A stretch of DNA of 64,000 nucleotides from Octopus vulgaris (Eukaryota). Both the position numbers and the translations under genes were made by a program. Below, one piece after another: positions 62,195 through 64,000 of the stretch (position 1 is the stretch's first letter; each line of letters opens with the position of its first letter). Location of the stretch: NCBI GenBank assembly GCA_951406725.2, contig OX597839.1, positions 21,886,001-21,950,000 on the forward strand, in the 5' to 3' direction. The notes under the pieces were generated by a model. It was not told the origin of the DNA. It saw nothing but the letters and a program-made list of their open reading frames with translations, and made no database searches.

Positions 62195-63125
62195 TCATCA
62201 TCATCATCATCATCATCGTTTAGCATCCGCTTTCCTTGCTAGCATGGGTTGGATGGTTCAACTGGGGTCTGGGAAGCCAGAAGGCTGCACCAGGCCCAGT
62301 CTGATCTGGCAATGTTTCTACGGTTGGATGCCCTTCCTAACGCCAACCACTCCATGAGTGTAGTGGGTGCTTTTTACGTGTCACCGGCACGGGGGCCAGG
62401 CAGGGCTGGCAACGGCCATGAACGGATGGTGCTTTTTACGTGCCACCGGCACGAGGCCAGACGGGGCGGCGCTGGCATCGGCCACATTCGGATGGTTTTC
62501 TCACGTACCACCGGCACTGGTATCTCAGCTGCAATTTCCATTTGATCGATTTCGATTCTGATTTTGATTCTCACTTGCCTCAACAGGTCTTCACAAGTAG
62601 AGTTTTGTGTCCCAAGAAGGGAAGGTATGCATAAGTGAGCTGGCTACATCCTGTGTAGAATGCCATGGGTTATGGTCTCACTTGTCCTGCCGGGTCTTCT
62701 CACGCACAGCATACTTCCAGAGGTCTCGGTCTCTAGTCATTTCCTCAGTGAGACCTAAAGTTCGAAGGTCGTGCTTCACCACCTCGTCCCAGGTTTTCCT
62801 GGGTCTGCCTCTTCCACAGGTTCCCTCAACTGCTAGGGTGTGGCACTTTTTCACACAACTATATTCATCCATTCTCGCCACATGACCATACCAGCGCAAA
62901 CGTCTCTCTTGCACACCACATCTGATGCTTCTTAGGTCCAGCTTTTCTCTCAAGGTACTTACACTCTGTCGAGTATGAACACTGACATTACACATCCATC
63001 GGAGCATACTGGCTTCATTTCTTGCGAGCTTACGCATATCCCCAGCAGTCATGGCCCATGTTTCACTGCCATGTAGCATGGCTGTTCGTACACACACGTC
63101 ATACAGTCTGCCTTTTGCTCTGAGC
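62195..63125 (-). mobile_element. RTE LINE 3' portion (ORF C-terminus, 3' UTR, (GAT)n tail)
   Basis: KGRLYDVCVRTAMLHGSETW...RRLRWYGHVARM...GRGRPRKTW, then the UTR with GTTAGGAAGGGCATCC. Short 3'-end copies at about 31080-31390, 36912-37155, 48960-49140 and 63897-64000. Confidence 0.9.
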
Positions 63126-63134
63126 ATATATATA

Positions 63135-63335
63135 TAAAGTTAATCCAAACATGAAAGCACAAAAAAACACAACAACACGAGGACGTGGAACAAATAAAGT
63201 ATTATTGGATGCTCAGGAAAGAAGGAGGGTTTAACGTTTCGAGCGGAGCTCTTCGTCGGAAACAGGAGAAGGAAAGATCCAGAGAAGGGTAGACAGAGGA
63301 AAAAAATCACCAACGGTACACATGCGGTCACATTT
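63135..63335 (-). mobile_element. Penelope-like terminal-repeat fragment carrying a minimal hammerhead (63229-63263)
   Basis: Minus strand GUUU-CCGACGA-A-GAGC UCC GCUC-GAAA-CG-UU^-AAAC. Abuts (TA)n. Confidence 0.6.
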
Positions 63336-63678
63336 TGAATAGGGGCAGTGGCGCAGCGGTTAGGGCAGTGGACTTGTGATCATAGGATTGTGGTTTTGAT
63401 CCTCAGATGGGTGCCGTGAGTGTTTATTGAGTGGAAACACCTAAATCTCAGGGGGTGGTCATGAACCCTGCTGTATTCTTTCACCACAACTTTCTCTCAC
63501 TCTTTCTTCCTGTTTCTCTTGTACCTGTATTTCAAAGGGTCAGCCTTGTCACATGCTGTGTCACGCTGAATCTACCTGAGAACTACATTAAGGGTACACG
63601 TGTCTGTGGAGTGCTCAGCCACTGGCACGTTAATTTCACAAGCAGGCTGTTCCGTTGATCATAACCGATGGAGTGCCA

Positions 63679-63720
<42 letters not shown>

Positions 63721-64000
63721 AGATGAACACCATTCCTTCATGTGATTGCTAAGATATTAAGATATTTTTTAATAGGAAATGAATGGTAGCTTTAATACAT
63801 AAAGAAATTTTTTATGTATCAATGCGGTGTTGAGCATGCATTCCCATTGTTTGACATTTAATTATATTTACACACCCACTCACACACATATATATATCAT
63901 CATCATCATCATCATCATCATTTAGCATCCGTTTTCCGGTTGGACGGTTCAACCGGGGTCTGTGAAGCTGGAAGGCTGTGCTGGTGGCACGTAAAAAGCA

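Overview
Eukaryotic, AT-rich and repeat-dense DNA. The SINE families, (TA)n/(CA)n/(GATA)n microsatellites and RTE/CR1 fragments look like a cephalopod (Octopus-type) genome; this is inferred from repeat content. The only confident gene is a two-exon nucleoside diphosphate kinase (149 aa) on the minus strand: exon 1 CDS 41615-41661, exon 2 35747-36149. It has a TATA box, a TCT/5'TOP-like start and two AATAAA signals. The rest is mobile-element debris: a degenerate Tx1-like LINE, CR1/L2-type and RTE LINE fragments, Tc1/mariner fragments, two non-autonomous Helitrons, a solo LTR, piggyBac MITEs, GG-ended MITEs with 8-bp TSDs (one nested in another) and at least three tRNA-derived SINE families. 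Two young tandem arrays (16x171 bp and 9x~307 bp) grew out of interspersed repeats. The most notable hidden signals are several minimal hammerhead-ribozyme motifs of the Penelope-like type (two near-intact, others decayed), a full-length 5S rRNA copy fused to a SINE head, and a two-piece templated insertion. Most ORFs in the supplied track are microsatellite or SINE artefacts.
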